DNA from: Bdellovibrionota bacterium | GTDB lineage: Bacteria > Bdellovibrionota_C > UBA2361 > OMII01 | Direction of reading: 5' to 3' | DNA: 64,000 nucleotides | Assembly: GCA_044345405.1 (NCBI GenBank) | Contig: JBIJBE010000003.1 | Coordinates: 32,001 to 96,000, forward strand | In this document: positions 10,232-19,702 of the stretch, one piece after another | How positions within the stretch are numbered: position 1 is the stretch's first letter | How the letters are laid out: each line of letters starts with the position of its first letter | Translations under genes and position numbers: made by a program | The notes under the pieces: model-generated | What the model saw: the letters and a program-made list of their open reading frames with translations, nothing else | The model's database searches: none | What the model was told of the DNA's origin: nothing

Positions 10232-10408
10232 ACCTTAAGTATATCGTGGTGGTTGAGGGGTAACGAAGCGAAATTCTTTGGATAGGGAATTAGGTGGGTT
10301 AGGCGCTCCTCGTCCACGCGTGAAAAGGCTCCTCAAACCGCACGATTTTCAGTTCTACGAGTTCTTCGTTCTCTGGAGATCGGTGCCTCCTCATGATAGG
10401 TTGCGGGC

Positions 10409-10738
10409 ATGTTCGGTCTCCGTTTCCGACACTCGATCTCCTTGATGATGGCCGTGGTGCTGTTGTCATTGGCTGTCGTATCGCGCGCCCCTCAAAGTAA
10501 GTGTCGATGTCACGAACGAAAGAGCGCTTCCCGAACGCAGAAGCAGGACCAGAAGCCGTGTGTCTTTGGACAGATGCGGTCGCTTACCGCGAGCTATGTG
10601 CTCCCAGCCTCTGTTGAGGCGCAGGAGAGCGAACGACTCTCTTTTCTTCCTATCATTCACTCTGCTCGCGACGGCGTTGCCCTACGGGTCGGAATCTATG
10701 AGCGCCCGCGGGCTCGGTCGCCCCCCGTTCTTTCCTAG
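10409..10738 (+). CDS. Cys/His-containing upstream ORF ending in RSPP (DUF2946/CruR-like candidate)
   Basis: Signal-like N-terminus, KCRCHE and KPC, C-terminal RPRARSPP; directly upstream of an outer-membrane protein. Confidence 0.6.
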   Translation: MFGLRFRHSISLMMAVVLLSLAVVSRAPQSKCRCHERKSASRTQKQDQKPCVFGQMRSLTASYVLPASVEAQESERLSFLPIIHSARDGVALRVGIYERPRARSPPVLS

Positions 10739-10831
10739 CTTGCACTCATCCAACGCTCCTGGTTAGCAGAGAACGCTGTCTCGAGCGTGTGAGCGGTTTT
10801 TACCGCGCAAACGATTAGTATTGCTTATCCT

Positions 10832-11908
10832 ATGAGAAAAATATTTATACGGCACGCACTCGCCGTTACATCAGTAGTGCTTCTCACCTCCCAACCCGCG
10901 AACGCCTGTGATGTTTGCGCGCTCTATTCGGCGGTTCAAAATGAGAGCCCGGTTGAGAACGCGTTTCGGCTCAGTCTTGCTGAGCAGTTCACCGCGCTAG
11001 ATCGAATTAAGACGGATGGCCACTATACCGAGAACACGTACAACCAGTTCCTTAAAAGCTCGGTGACGCAGGTTTCGGGTCAATACGACGTGAGCAACTC
11101 GACCTCCCTTCAGTTGGTGATGCCAGTTGTGAGTAGAACGTGGCGTCGAATTGAGGATGAAAAAGTTCAACGTGGAAGCGACGCGGGAATCGGGGATATT
11201 ACCCTGTTGGCTCACTACGTTCCTGTGAACTATTCGAACGGCAACCTGCTCGCTCGCCTTCGTATGTTCGGTGGCGTTGAGCTCCCAACCGGAGACGCGC
11301 ACTACCTCGGCGAGGAGAGCGCCCCAGGACACCACGGTGACGAAGGGGATTCTCACGGTGGGGAGGAGGAGGATTCTCACGGGGATTCCCAGGAGGATAG
11401 GGGACACCACTCCTTCACCCAGAAGCACAACGGTACGGTTCACGCTCCGCAATCAGCGAACGCTATTCACGGTCACGATATTACCCTTGGATCCGGCTCG
11501 TGGGACTTCCCACTCGGAGCGGGTCTCTATACCCAGTGGAAGGGCTTCATCTGGCAGACCGATGCTCAATACACCATTCGCACGGAAGGTGCCTTTGACT
11601 ACACCTTCGCCAACGACTGGGCATGGGCAACCGCGGTTGGTCACTACCTCTACCTTGAGGATGACGCGCAGGTCGCTCTCCGAGCTCGTCTCTCGGGGCA
11701 GTACAAGGGATACGATACCGGAAGTGGTGGCGTTCGGTACGACGACACCGCGTTTAACGGCACCTTTTTAGGTCCTGAGGTGACAGCGCTCGCAACCAAT
11801 AAGTGGTTCGGCGTTCTCGGATACGACCTTCCGATTGAGGTGCACAACTCAGATACCCAGATTACGCCAAGCTGGCGGATTAGAGCTGCTCTAACCTATC
11901 GGTTTTAA
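10832..11908 (+). CDS. Outer-membrane beta-barrel/transporter-like protein with CxxC and a His/acid-rich loop (putative metal uptake)
   Basis: Signal peptide ANA|CDVC, GIGDI and LPTGD motifs, His-rich loop, LGSGSWD, C-terminal YRF. Confidence 0.75.
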   Translation: MRKIFIRHALAVTSVVLLTSQPANACDVCALYSAVQNESPVENAFRLSLAEQFTALDRIKTDGHYTENTYNQFLKSSVTQVSGQYDVSNSTSLQLVMPVVSRTWRRIEDEKVQRGSDAGIGDITLLAHYVPVNYSNGNLLARLRMFGGVELPTGDAHYLGEESAPGHHGDEGDSHGGEEEDSHGDSQEDRGHHSFTQKHNGTVHAPQSANAIHGHDITLGSGSWDFPLGAGLYTQWKGFIWQTDAQYTIRTEGAFDYTFANDWAWATAVGHYLYLEDDAQVALRARLSGQYKGYDTGSGGVRYDDTAFNGTFLGPEVTALATNKWFGVLGYDLPIEVHNSDTQITPSWRIRAALTYRF

Positions 11909-11921
11909 GGACTAATCTTCC

Positions 11922-11949
11922 TCCCCCGGCTCTTGACGGAGCCGGGGGA
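11922..11949. terminator. GC-rich hairpin after the OM protein gene
   Basis: tcccccggctc-ttgacg-gagccggggga is an 11-bp stem; no U-tract. Confidence 0.45.
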
Positions 11950-12001
11950 AGCCGCAAGTATAGGCCCATATTCGTTTCAGCGGCGTACAGGGAGATTAGG
12001 G

Positions 12002-13381
12002 ATGTCAGAGCAGGTGCGAAAGCTGCCTCAGCAGGAAGCGGTTCAGGGTGAGGCAGCTGTTCACGGCGAGGCCGCGGCGCGAGAGCTCCCGGTGAAGGAT
12101 ATTCGCTCCCTCATGACCGAGATCCGAGAGCGAATCAAGGCGGACGTCGAGGGAAACCGAGACAAGCATCGCGAGCTCTCTCGCACAGCTCCCCGCTTCG
12201 CTAAGGACGGGAACGTGAGGGTTGGAGACCTTCAACACTCAGAGGAGCTCCGGTTCGTTAATCAGAACTACGCCTACGACTCTCAGCTCACCCCAGCGGT
12301 GATCCCAAGCCACCGACGTGGACCTCTCGGGAAGCTTGTTCCCCTCTTTAAACGGGTCTCCCGCAAGATCGTTCGTAAACTCTTCCTCGCCGATTACCTC
12401 AACGCTGAGCGCGCGTTCTCGGAGCACCTTGTTCGGCATCTGAATGAGATCGGTCGATATATCGACGCGCGGGACAACGACGTGATGCGAAAGATCGATC
12501 GGATCGATGATGAGAAGAGCGCGGCGATCCTCGCCTTGCAGCAGGATATGCAGTCCCTCACACGGGATCGTATCGGCGCCCTTGATGAGATGATTCGAGG
12601 GTTAGAGGGAATCGTCAACAACTTCCCTCGCTACACCGATCCGAATCCGCCGCGTGTTCAAGAGAGCTCGCAACCGCTCACAGTTCCCGATCCTTCCTAC
12701 CTCCTCCTTGAGAATCGGTATCGGGGAGGGGAGGCTGAGATTGAGCGCCGTCTCTCGATCTATCCTGAGATCTTTAAAACAGCTCCCGCGACGGTGCTTG
12801 AGATGGGATCCGGTCGGGGCGAGCTTCAGCGCCTCTTTAAGAAAGCGGGCGTTCCATCGTACGGCGTTGATCTCGACACCGTGATGGTGAATGTTGCGAA
12901 CGCCGCTGGGTGCGATACGAAGTTTGGTGATGGGATTGCGCATCTTCGTTCGCTTCCCGACGCGTCCCTCGGCGGTCTTATCGCGATTCAGGTGGTAGAG
13001 CATCTCACCCGCTCGCAGTTGATGGAGTTATGCGAGCTCGCGAAGCGAAAATTAAAGCCGGGATCGAAGATCGTGTTTGAGACGATCAACCCGCAATCGC
13101 TCCTCGCGCTCTCCTCAAACTATTTCCGCGATCCAACCCACATCTGGCCGATGCATCCCGATACCCTCGGATATACGGCGACCCTTGCAGGTTTAAAGAT
13201 CGTAGAGACCCGGTACCTCTCGCCGGTGGCGCCGAATCATCTTCTCAAGGAGATTCCGGTCGATCCGAACCATCCTCCTACCGTGGTCGATACCGTTCAC
13301 CGCATCAACCAGAACATCGAGCAGTTGAATCGTTTGATCTACGGCTTTCAGGACTACGCCCTGATCCTTGAGGTAGCGTAA
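12002..13381 (+). CDS. Coiled-coil plus class I SAM methyltransferase (surface-glycan associated)
   Basis: ENRYRG, VLEMGSGRGE, GVDLD, QVVEHL, ETINP and DPTH motifs. Confidence 0.85.
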   Translation: MSEQVRKLPQQEAVQGEAAVHGEAAARELPVKDIRSLMTEIRERIKADVEGNRDKHRELSRTAPRFAKDGNVRVGDLQHSEELRFVNQNYAYDSQLTPAVIPSHRRGPLGKLVPLFKRVSRKIVRKLFLADYLNAERAFSEHLVRHLNEIGRYIDARDNDVMRKIDRIDDEKSAAILALQQDMQSLTRDRIGALDEMIRGLEGIVNNFPRYTDPNPPRVQESSQPLTVPDPSYLLLENRYRGGEAEIERRLSIYPEIFKTAPATVLEMGSGRGELQRLFKKAGVPSYGVDLDTVMVNVANAAGCDTKFGDGIAHLRSLPDASLGGLIAIQVVEHLTRSQLMELCELAKRKLKPGSKIVFETINPQSLLALSSNYFRDPTHIWPMHPDTLGYTATLAGLKIVETRYLSPVAPNHLLKEIPVDPNHPPTVVDTVHRINQNIEQLNRLIYGFQDYALILEVA

Positions 13382-13383
13382 CG

Positions 13384-14484
13384 ATGGCGCGCATTCTCGT
13401 CCTTGGAGCTAAGGTCCCTTTCACGCACGGCGGGCAGGAGATACTGGTCGCAACCCTGATTAAGCATCTCAAGGCGCGAGGGCATGAAGCGGATGTGATC
13501 GAGCTTCCCTTCAATCCGCTTCCGAAGCAGAACCTCCTTACGCAGGCCGCGATGTGGCGCTCGCTCGACCTCGCTGAGTTCGCCGGCGGTAAGGTTGATC
13601 TGATTATCGCCACGAAGTTTCCGACCTACTACGCCCGTCATCCAAAAAAGAGCGTCTGGCTCGTGCACCAGCTCCGTTCGTTCTACGACCTTCACGGAGG
13701 GCAATACTCCGATATGGGTGATGATCCCCGTGATGAGGTCCTGCGTCGGATGATCACTGACGGAGATGCGATTACGTTGGGTGAGTGCTCCTACCGCTCC
13801 GCTATCTCAAAGAACGTCGCGGACCGATTGCAGTCGTATAACGGATTGTCCTCGACGGTTCTCTATCCGCCCCTTCCGCTTGGGGATCGATACCAAAACC
13901 GCGCGGCGAAGCTCTACATCCTCTCGGTAGGCCGTCTCTGTCGAATTAAGAGACTCGACCTGATGTTAAACGCCATGAAACATGTCTCACCTGAAGTTTC
14001 GCTCAAGGTCGTCGGTACCGCCGATGAACCAGGGGTCATGGAGTACTTCAACAACATCATTAAGGGGCACGATATCGGGCGTCGCGTTGAGTTCCTCGGA
14101 CGTGTCAGCGATGAAGCGCTTATCGACCTCTACGCCGAGGCGATGGGGGTGTTCTACGCGCCGTTTGATGAGGACTACGGGTACGTCACCCTCGAGGCGA
14201 TGGCGAGCGGTCGTCCCGTTGTGACCGCGACCGATAGCGGTGGGACGTTGGAGTTTGTGAAGGATCGTGAGAACGGACGTGTTGTATCGCCTGATCCAGC
14301 GGCTATCGCTGAAGCGTTCAACGAAATAGCCCGCGATAGCGAGACCGCAAAGCGCATGGGCGCGAACGGACGAGCGTTCATTGAGAGCTCCGGCATGTTA
14401 TCCCAGGGATGGGATACCTTGATTGACGCGCTCCTCTCCCCACTCTCGCAGGGGAGCTGCTCACAACCGAACAAGGCCGCGTAA
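13384..14484 (+). CDS. GT4 family glycosyltransferase
   Basis: PF.HGG.E, IATKFP.Y, WLVHQ, GRL..IKR and EDYGYVTLEAMASG.PV motifs. Confidence 0.9.
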   Translation: MARILVLGAKVPFTHGGQEILVATLIKHLKARGHEADVIELPFNPLPKQNLLTQAAMWRSLDLAEFAGGKVDLIIATKFPTYYARHPKKSVWLVHQLRSFYDLHGGQYSDMGDDPRDEVLRRMITDGDAITLGECSYRSAISKNVADRLQSYNGLSSTVLYPPLPLGDRYQNRAAKLYILSVGRLCRIKRLDLMLNAMKHVSPEVSLKVVGTADEPGVMEYFNNIIKGHDIGRRVEFLGRVSDEALIDLYAEAMGVFYAPFDEDYGYVTLEAMASGRPVVTATDSGGTLEFVKDRENGRVVSPDPAAIAEAFNEIARDSETAKRMGANGRAFIESSGMLSQGWDTLIDALLSPLSQGSCSQPNKAA

Positions 14485-15812
14485 TGGCAGGTTCGAAGCT
14501 CCGCATAGCATGGTTCACCCCACTTGCTCGTTCAAACCAGGAGGTCGTTACTATTTCGCAGTACTGCACAGATCTCCTTCTTCCACTCATGAAGGATGAG
14601 TTTGAGATCGAGGTGTTCTCGGGCCTGCCATCGGGACGTCATCTCGGTGTGCCACGGTATAACACCCTCAACGTGTATCAACGGCATCGTGAAAATCCCT
14701 TCAATATCTACTTCTATCAGGTAGAGGACGGCCCTCTTGGGCGGGTCGTTCGTACCCAGGTCGGAACGATGCCCGGTATCTCGTGGATGCACGATACCTT
14801 CCTCTCTGATCCCGGAGCGGAGGGGATTCACACGAGCCCCTGGGAGCGCTCAGTTCAACAGATGCTCGACCTCTCCTTGCCGTTTCTTGAACGGGGCGAC
14901 CTTCCTCTTCAACCACAGCCTCAAGGCTATCGTGAGACCTCCGTATCGCCGATCGTGTTGTATAATTCAGCGTGGGCTGAGGGCACCCTTCACCGATTCC
15001 TCTCGGGTCGCTACGAGTACGCTTCGAGTGGGCACCGTTCTGACTCACTTCCGGTACCCGTCACGTTGATAGAGGATGCTCGATTTCACGAAGGTGAGAG
15101 GCCGCTTGAGATCGTCGCGCTCAGCTCAACACGTTTGGATGGCCGAGCGCATAAGTTTCTTCCGGCGTTGGCGGACTATTCCCGTACAGCGCGTCTTACC
15201 TGGGTCATTGACCCTTCCGAGCGAGTGGACGCCGAGCGCATGATCGGTGAGTTCGGTGTGCGTGATCGTGTCACCCTTGTTGAAGGGAATTCGCCAGATC
15301 GGTGGCGCTCGCTCGTCGCGAAGAGCGACCTCGCACTGCATCTTTCCTTCAATCCTCATTGTCGTTTGAGTCCCTACCTTGAGCTCTCGATGGCGGCAGC
15401 CGTCCCAACGGTGGTGATGCGGGTCGGAAGAGGGGAGGCGATACCGGAGAATGTCGCGTTCTCGCTTGAACCGGGGCTTCATGAAACCGCGCAGCTTGTT
15501 GGCGTTTTCGACGCGGTAGGCTCGGGAGATAGTCGTCAGCTTGGTCAGGCGGGACAGGCTTTGGTCTCACAAGAGAACGATCCGACTCTCGTCGCCGCGC
15601 GACTAGCGACAACTTTTCGCGAGAGCGCGCCGCTTCTTGCCGATGTTATGCGCGCTTGGGACGGCCTCTATACACGCGCTGAGGATGCGCTTTTGGAGGA
15701 GATTCGAGCCCTCGTTGATGCACCCTCGGGGGGGATGCCCGGAGCCTATGAGATGATTGTAAAGCCCTTCGTCGAGGAGATGCGAGCAGGGGCTAAGGCT
15801 TCTCGTTCGTAA
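14484..15812 (+). CDS. GT-B glycosyltransferase-like protein (divergent)
   Basis: N-terminal IAWFTPL...ISQY...LL; translationally coupled to the GT4 gene. Confidence 0.6.
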   Translation: MAGSKLRIAWFTPLARSNQEVVTISQYCTDLLLPLMKDEFEIEVFSGLPSGRHLGVPRYNTLNVYQRHRENPFNIYFYQVEDGPLGRVVRTQVGTMPGISWMHDTFLSDPGAEGIHTSPWERSVQQMLDLSLPFLERGDLPLQPQPQGYRETSVSPIVLYNSAWAEGTLHRFLSGRYEYASSGHRSDSLPVPVTLIEDARFHEGERPLEIVALSSTRLDGRAHKFLPALADYSRTARLTWVIDPSERVDAERMIGEFGVRDRVTLVEGNSPDRWRSLVAKSDLALHLSFNPHCRLSPYLELSMAAAVPTVVMRVGRGEAIPENVAFSLEPGLHETAQLVGVFDAVGSGDSRQLGQAGQALVSQENDPTLVAARLATTFRESAPLLADVMRAWDGLYTRAEDALLEEIRALVDAPSGGMPGAYEMIVKPFVEEMRAGAKASRS

Positions 15813-15836
15813 GCAGAATCCTTACGGGGCTTTTGG

Positions 15837-15865
15837 TTGCAAAACCCCTATCCATCCATTAGATT
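15837..15865 (+). promoter_or_regulatory. Sigma70-type promoter of dapC, probably leaderless
   Basis: TTGCAA-17 nt-TAGATT, then 6 nt to the ATG at 15872. Confidence 0.55.
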
Positions 15866-15871
15866 CCTCGC

Positions 15872-17071
15872 ATGATCAACCCACGAGTAGCTTCCATGCG
15901 GACCTACACCGCGGCGCGTAAAACGCAGCTATTCGCGGCGCTTGGACGCCCGGTTGTCGCTGACCTCACGATCGGTGAGCCGCAACATGAGCCGGATCCG
16001 AAGGTCGTTGAGATCCTAAACGCCTACGCGGCGGAGTCTGTTAGTCGTTATCCAAAGACTAAGCAGGAGTCGTATCTGACCGAGGCGATCATCGCCGCCA
16101 ACGTTCATTCGAAAAAGTTATGTGGCTCCATCGGCGAGGAGCAGGTTTTGGCGGGTCTCGGAAGTGGAGAGCTCCTGTATTCTCTCGCGACCGCGTCGCT
16201 CGACCCGGCGAAGCCGTACGTTTTAATTCCCAATCCGTCGTATCAAGTTTATGCCTCCGCGACGGAGCTAGCGGGTGGCATTCCGTACTACTTCAATCTT
16301 ACTAAGGAGAACAGCTTTCAACCTGACCTTGCTCGGATCCCTCGTGATATCCTTGAACGAACGAGCCTATGTTACCTCAATAGCCCGAACAATCCGTGCG
16401 CGGTTTCGTACTCTGAGGAGAGTCTACGAGAGATCGTTCTTCTTGCGCGGCAGTATCGGTTCGCTGTCGCTTCTGATGAGTGCTACAGCGAGATCTATTT
16501 CGACCGAAAGCCGGTGAGTATGCTTGAGGTATGCGCGAAGCTCGATGGTGACAATTCTTTCAAGAATGTGGTTGCGTTTGATACGCTCTCGAAGCGCAGC
16601 AGTCTCCCTGGGCTTCGTTCCGGATCGATGGTTGGCGACGCGGCTATCGTTTCGAACTATCTCAAGATCCGTTTGAGTGAGCGTAAGGTGCTGCCGAACA
16701 ACGTGCAACGAGCCTCCGCATATGCGTGGATGAACTACGAGGATGTCGCGAGGAGTAGAGAGCTCTACCGACAAAAGTTCGAGATCGTTCGCGACGCGTT
16801 TCAGGCGATCGGACGCCCGATCACCTTGCCGGATGGAACGTTCTATTGTTGGCTCGATATATCGGAGCTTAACCCGAGCGACGAGACCTTCGCGTTGGAG
16901 CTCGCCAAAGAAACCGGAATTCTGACCTTTCCCGGTAGCTATTTCTCGGTCGTTAACGAGGGTGTGAACCCAGGGGCGGGGTTCATTCGTATCGCGCTTA
17001 TCGATACCGTCGAGGCTACAAGGAAAACAGTTCAAACTTTAACCCAGTATATTACAAACTATAGGTGTTAA
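15872..17071 (+). CDS. dapC: N-succinyldiaminopimelate aminotransferase
   Basis: DLTIGEP, NSPNNP, SDECYSEIY and LSKRSSLPGLRSG motifs; operon with dapD and dapE. Confidence 0.85.
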   Translation: MINPRVASMRTYTAARKTQLFAALGRPVVADLTIGEPQHEPDPKVVEILNAYAAESVSRYPKTKQESYLTEAIIAANVHSKKLCGSIGEEQVLAGLGSGELLYSLATASLDPAKPYVLIPNPSYQVYASATELAGGIPYYFNLTKENSFQPDLARIPRDILERTSLCYLNSPNNPCAVSYSEESLREIVLLARQYRFAVASDECYSEIYFDRKPVSMLEVCAKLDGDNSFKNVVAFDTLSKRSSLPGLRSGSMVGDAAIVSNYLKIRLSERKVLPNNVQRASAYAWMNYEDVARSRELYRQKFEIVRDAFQAIGRPITLPDGTFYCWLDISELNPSDETFALELAKETGILTFPGSYFSVVNEGVNPGAGFIRIALIDTVEATRKTVQTLTQYITNYRC

Positions 17072-18258
17072 CGATGTCAGCTGACGCGGCGCGTGGCCAT
17101 TTTGCGGAGAACCTTCAACGACTCACGGATCCTTGCCCTGAAGTGGGGGTAGTTAAAGTGTTCCTTGATGGAAAGCTCATTCGCGTTGTGGCGAACATTC
17201 CAGGGCAATCGGGATCCCTTCGGGTGTTTAACCACTTTCAAAAAAATGGAGAGCTCTCTCAGGCAGCGGTAGCTGGATGCCTTGAGGTATTCGCGCCACT
17301 CGTGCAAGAGGCGAAGGCTTCGCCCGGGTCTCATCCGAATATCGACCTTCTTCTTGGCCTTCGTTCGGATCAGGTCCTGACTATCACCACGGTGCGAACC
17401 TCCCCTGATCTCTTCGCGAAGCTCGCGGATGGAACCGCGAGTCAACGTGAGAAGCAGGGGGCCGTTGAGCTTCTCGATAAGGGGATCGTCCGATGCGCGG
17501 AAAAGTTGAGCAACTACACCATCGGCGCAAACGGAGTCGAGCTAACGGGTAACGGCACATGGGTGACACAGAGCTACGGCGTCGCGTGCATGAATGCCGG
17601 GTTCTCCGCGTTTCCGATGGTAAAGATGGGTGAGCATTTCTACGACAAGGTTCCCCTTAAGACCGAAGGATGGAGCTCCGAGGATTTTGAGAACGCAGGT
17701 GTGCGCTTTATTCCTGGGTGCTTCGCTCGACGTGGTGCGTACATCGGAGCTGGAACGACGATTATGCCTGGCGGCATAGTGAACATCGGCGCGTACGTCG
17801 AGGGAAGTGGTGTTATGATCGACGGTGGCGCTCGTGTCGCGACCGGCGCTCAGGTAGGTAAAGGTGTTAAGCTTGGAGCTGGTTCCGGTATCGAGGGAAT
17901 CCTTGAGCCCGCGGGACGGCTTCCGTCTATCATTGAGGACAACGTTCGAATCGGAGCGAACTGCGAGGTATGCGGTATCGTTGAAGAGGGCGCTGTCGTC
18001 GCGAGTGGCGTTGTGATGGCTTCCGGCAAAAAGATATTTGACCTTCGAACCAACGCTGAGGTTGAGCCACGCTACATGGCGATCGGCGAGAAGTTCTATG
18101 AGATACCGGTTATTCCGCGAAATAGGGTAGCGGTGTCCGGTGTCTATTCGAAGACTGAACAGCTTGGGATCGACTGTATCGTTCTCTTGGACAAGGACGC
18201 CTCCGATACCTCTCTCGCTCAGATGCCAAAGAACGCTTCGCTCTATGTGAAGCTCTAA
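17065..18258 (+). CDS. dapD: Tetrahydrodipicolinate N-succinyltransferase with an extra N-terminal DUF2322-like domain
   Basis: FYDKVPLK, GVRFIPG..ARRGAYI, VNIGAYV and GILEP...P.IIEDN..IGA motifs; about 100 extra N-terminal residues. Confidence 0.88.
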   Translation: MLTMSADAARGHFAENLQRLTDPCPEVGVVKVFLDGKLIRVVANIPGQSGSLRVFNHFQKNGELSQAAVAGCLEVFAPLVQEAKASPGSHPNIDLLLGLRSDQVLTITTVRTSPDLFAKLADGTASQREKQGAVELLDKGIVRCAEKLSNYTIGANGVELTGNGTWVTQSYGVACMNAGFSAFPMVKMGEHFYDKVPLKTEGWSSEDFENAGVRFIPGCFARRGAYIGAGTTIMPGGIVNIGAYVEGSGVMIDGGARVATGAQVGKGVKLGAGSGIEGILEPAGRLPSIIEDNVRIGANCEVCGIVEEGAVVASGVVMASGKKIFDLRTNAEVEPRYMAIGEKFYEIPVIPRNRVAVSGVYSKTEQLGIDCIVLLDKDASDTSLAQMPKNASLYVKL

Positions 18259-18273
18259 CAGCGAGGATACGTC

Positions 18274-19413
18274 ATGACGATCGGTAGCTCAGTCGAACTT
18301 ACTCGGATGCTGCTTCAGGAGAATACCTGCACCGGCTCGTTCGACTCTCACGTTTCGACACGACTCGCTGGATGGCTAGAGTCGTTGGGATTCGGTGTGG
18401 AGTCCGTTGAGGTCGATGGAATCGTTCATCTCTGTGGCTCGATTGGCCCCAAAGACGCTGCTACGCGACTCGCGTTTGTCGGGCACTACGATACGGTAGG
18501 GGCAGGAGAGGGATGGCGTTATCCACCATTTGGAGCCGCGGAGGAAAACGGAATTCTCTACGGCAGGGGCGCGAGTGACATGAAGAGTGGGGACGCCGCG
18601 ATGATATTCGCGGCCGTAAAGCTCGCTACTGTTGGAGCTCGCTCGACCGTTTTCTTGCCAGGCGATGAGGAGACGGCTTCTCGGGGGATGCCGGCGTTGC
18701 TTGAGAAGGTCGGTGGTACGTTTGACTACTGCATCTGCGGCGAGCCAACCTCAAAGAAGAAGCTAGGAGACTGCGTTAAGGTAGGGCGCCGTGGCATGTT
18801 GGGCGCCGAGGTATCGCTCAAGGGGCGACGGGGACACACAGCGTACGCGGATATCACGCCCAACGTGGCGCATTCTCTGCCAGCGGTAATAACGGAGCTT
18901 ACGAAGCCGTGGCACGACGCCTGCTACGGTGTCGCGACAACCCTCTCTATTACAACTATCTCCACCGATAGCACCGCGCTGAACGTTATTCCGGGTGTTG
19001 TGTCGTTTAAGTTTGATATGCGATTCGCGCCGAATCGCACAATCGATGAGATGCAGGGTGAGATCATCGCGCGCCTCGACGCCGCTGGGGTCGCCTATGA
19101 GATTGAGTGGCAAAAGGCTACTCGCCCGTATGTGACGGGTGTGGATGCTGATCCTTCCTCTCCTCAAGGTAAACTCATTGCCGTTACCACATCGGTCATT
19201 GAGGAGACCTTGGGCGTTCGCCCCATACTCACCTGCGATGGCGGCACCAGCGACGCTCGATTCGTCGCCTGGCACGGTGTTCCAACGATTGAGTTCGGTG
19301 TTCCGCATGGCAACATGCATGGAGCCGACGAGTTTGTAGAGGTAAGGAACATTGAGCTGCTTGAGCGGGTGTTTGTGGAGATTGGGGAGCGGTTGGTGAG
19401 GAACGCTGTCTAA
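18274..19413 (+). CDS. dapE: Succinyl-diaminopimelate desuccinylase (M20 family)
   Basis: GHYDTV, GRGASDMKS, DEE, GEPTS, GRRG, GGTSDARF and H..DE motifs. Confidence 0.9.
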   Translation: MTIGSSVELTRMLLQENTCTGSFDSHVSTRLAGWLESLGFGVESVEVDGIVHLCGSIGPKDAATRLAFVGHYDTVGAGEGWRYPPFGAAEENGILYGRGASDMKSGDAAMIFAAVKLATVGARSTVFLPGDEETASRGMPALLEKVGGTFDYCICGEPTSKKKLGDCVKVGRRGMLGAEVSLKGRRGHTAYADITPNVAHSLPAVITELTKPWHDACYGVATTLSITTISTDSTALNVIPGVVSFKFDMRFAPNRTIDEMQGEIIARLDAAGVAYEIEWQKATRPYVTGVDADPSSPQGKLIAVTTSVIEETLGVRPILTCDGGTSDARFVAWHGVPTIEFGVPHGNMHGADEFVEVRNIELLERVFVEIGERLVRNAV

Positions 19414-19428
19414 TCGAGCCTGGTACCA

Positions 19429-19552
19429 GGGAGGGCGACCGGCCTCCCCCTTCGCCAAAGCTTCGGGGACAGGTCGGTCGCCGAAAGCTTGCGATTAGCG
19501 GGAAATCTTTGCCTGGCGTATCCATACGGCGACCGGGGACGGTCGCCCTCCC
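19429..19552. repeat. REPIN-like inverted REP doublet with a nested mini-element
   Basis: gggagggcgacc[insert]ggtcgcc, a 45-nt spacer (gaaa...atac), then ggcgaccggggacggtcgccctccc. Confidence 0.88.
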
Positions 19553-19702
19553 AGGTGCGCACCTCAAAAGTCATTAACGGGACGCGCATTACCTCCTCGC
19601 CCCGACACTCTCCCCATATCCACGCTCCTCCAAAAAGTGCTATAAATTCCGCCAGTAACCCGTTGATACGCCGTGCCCTCAGTGGCGCGGTTGGAGGTAT
19701 GT

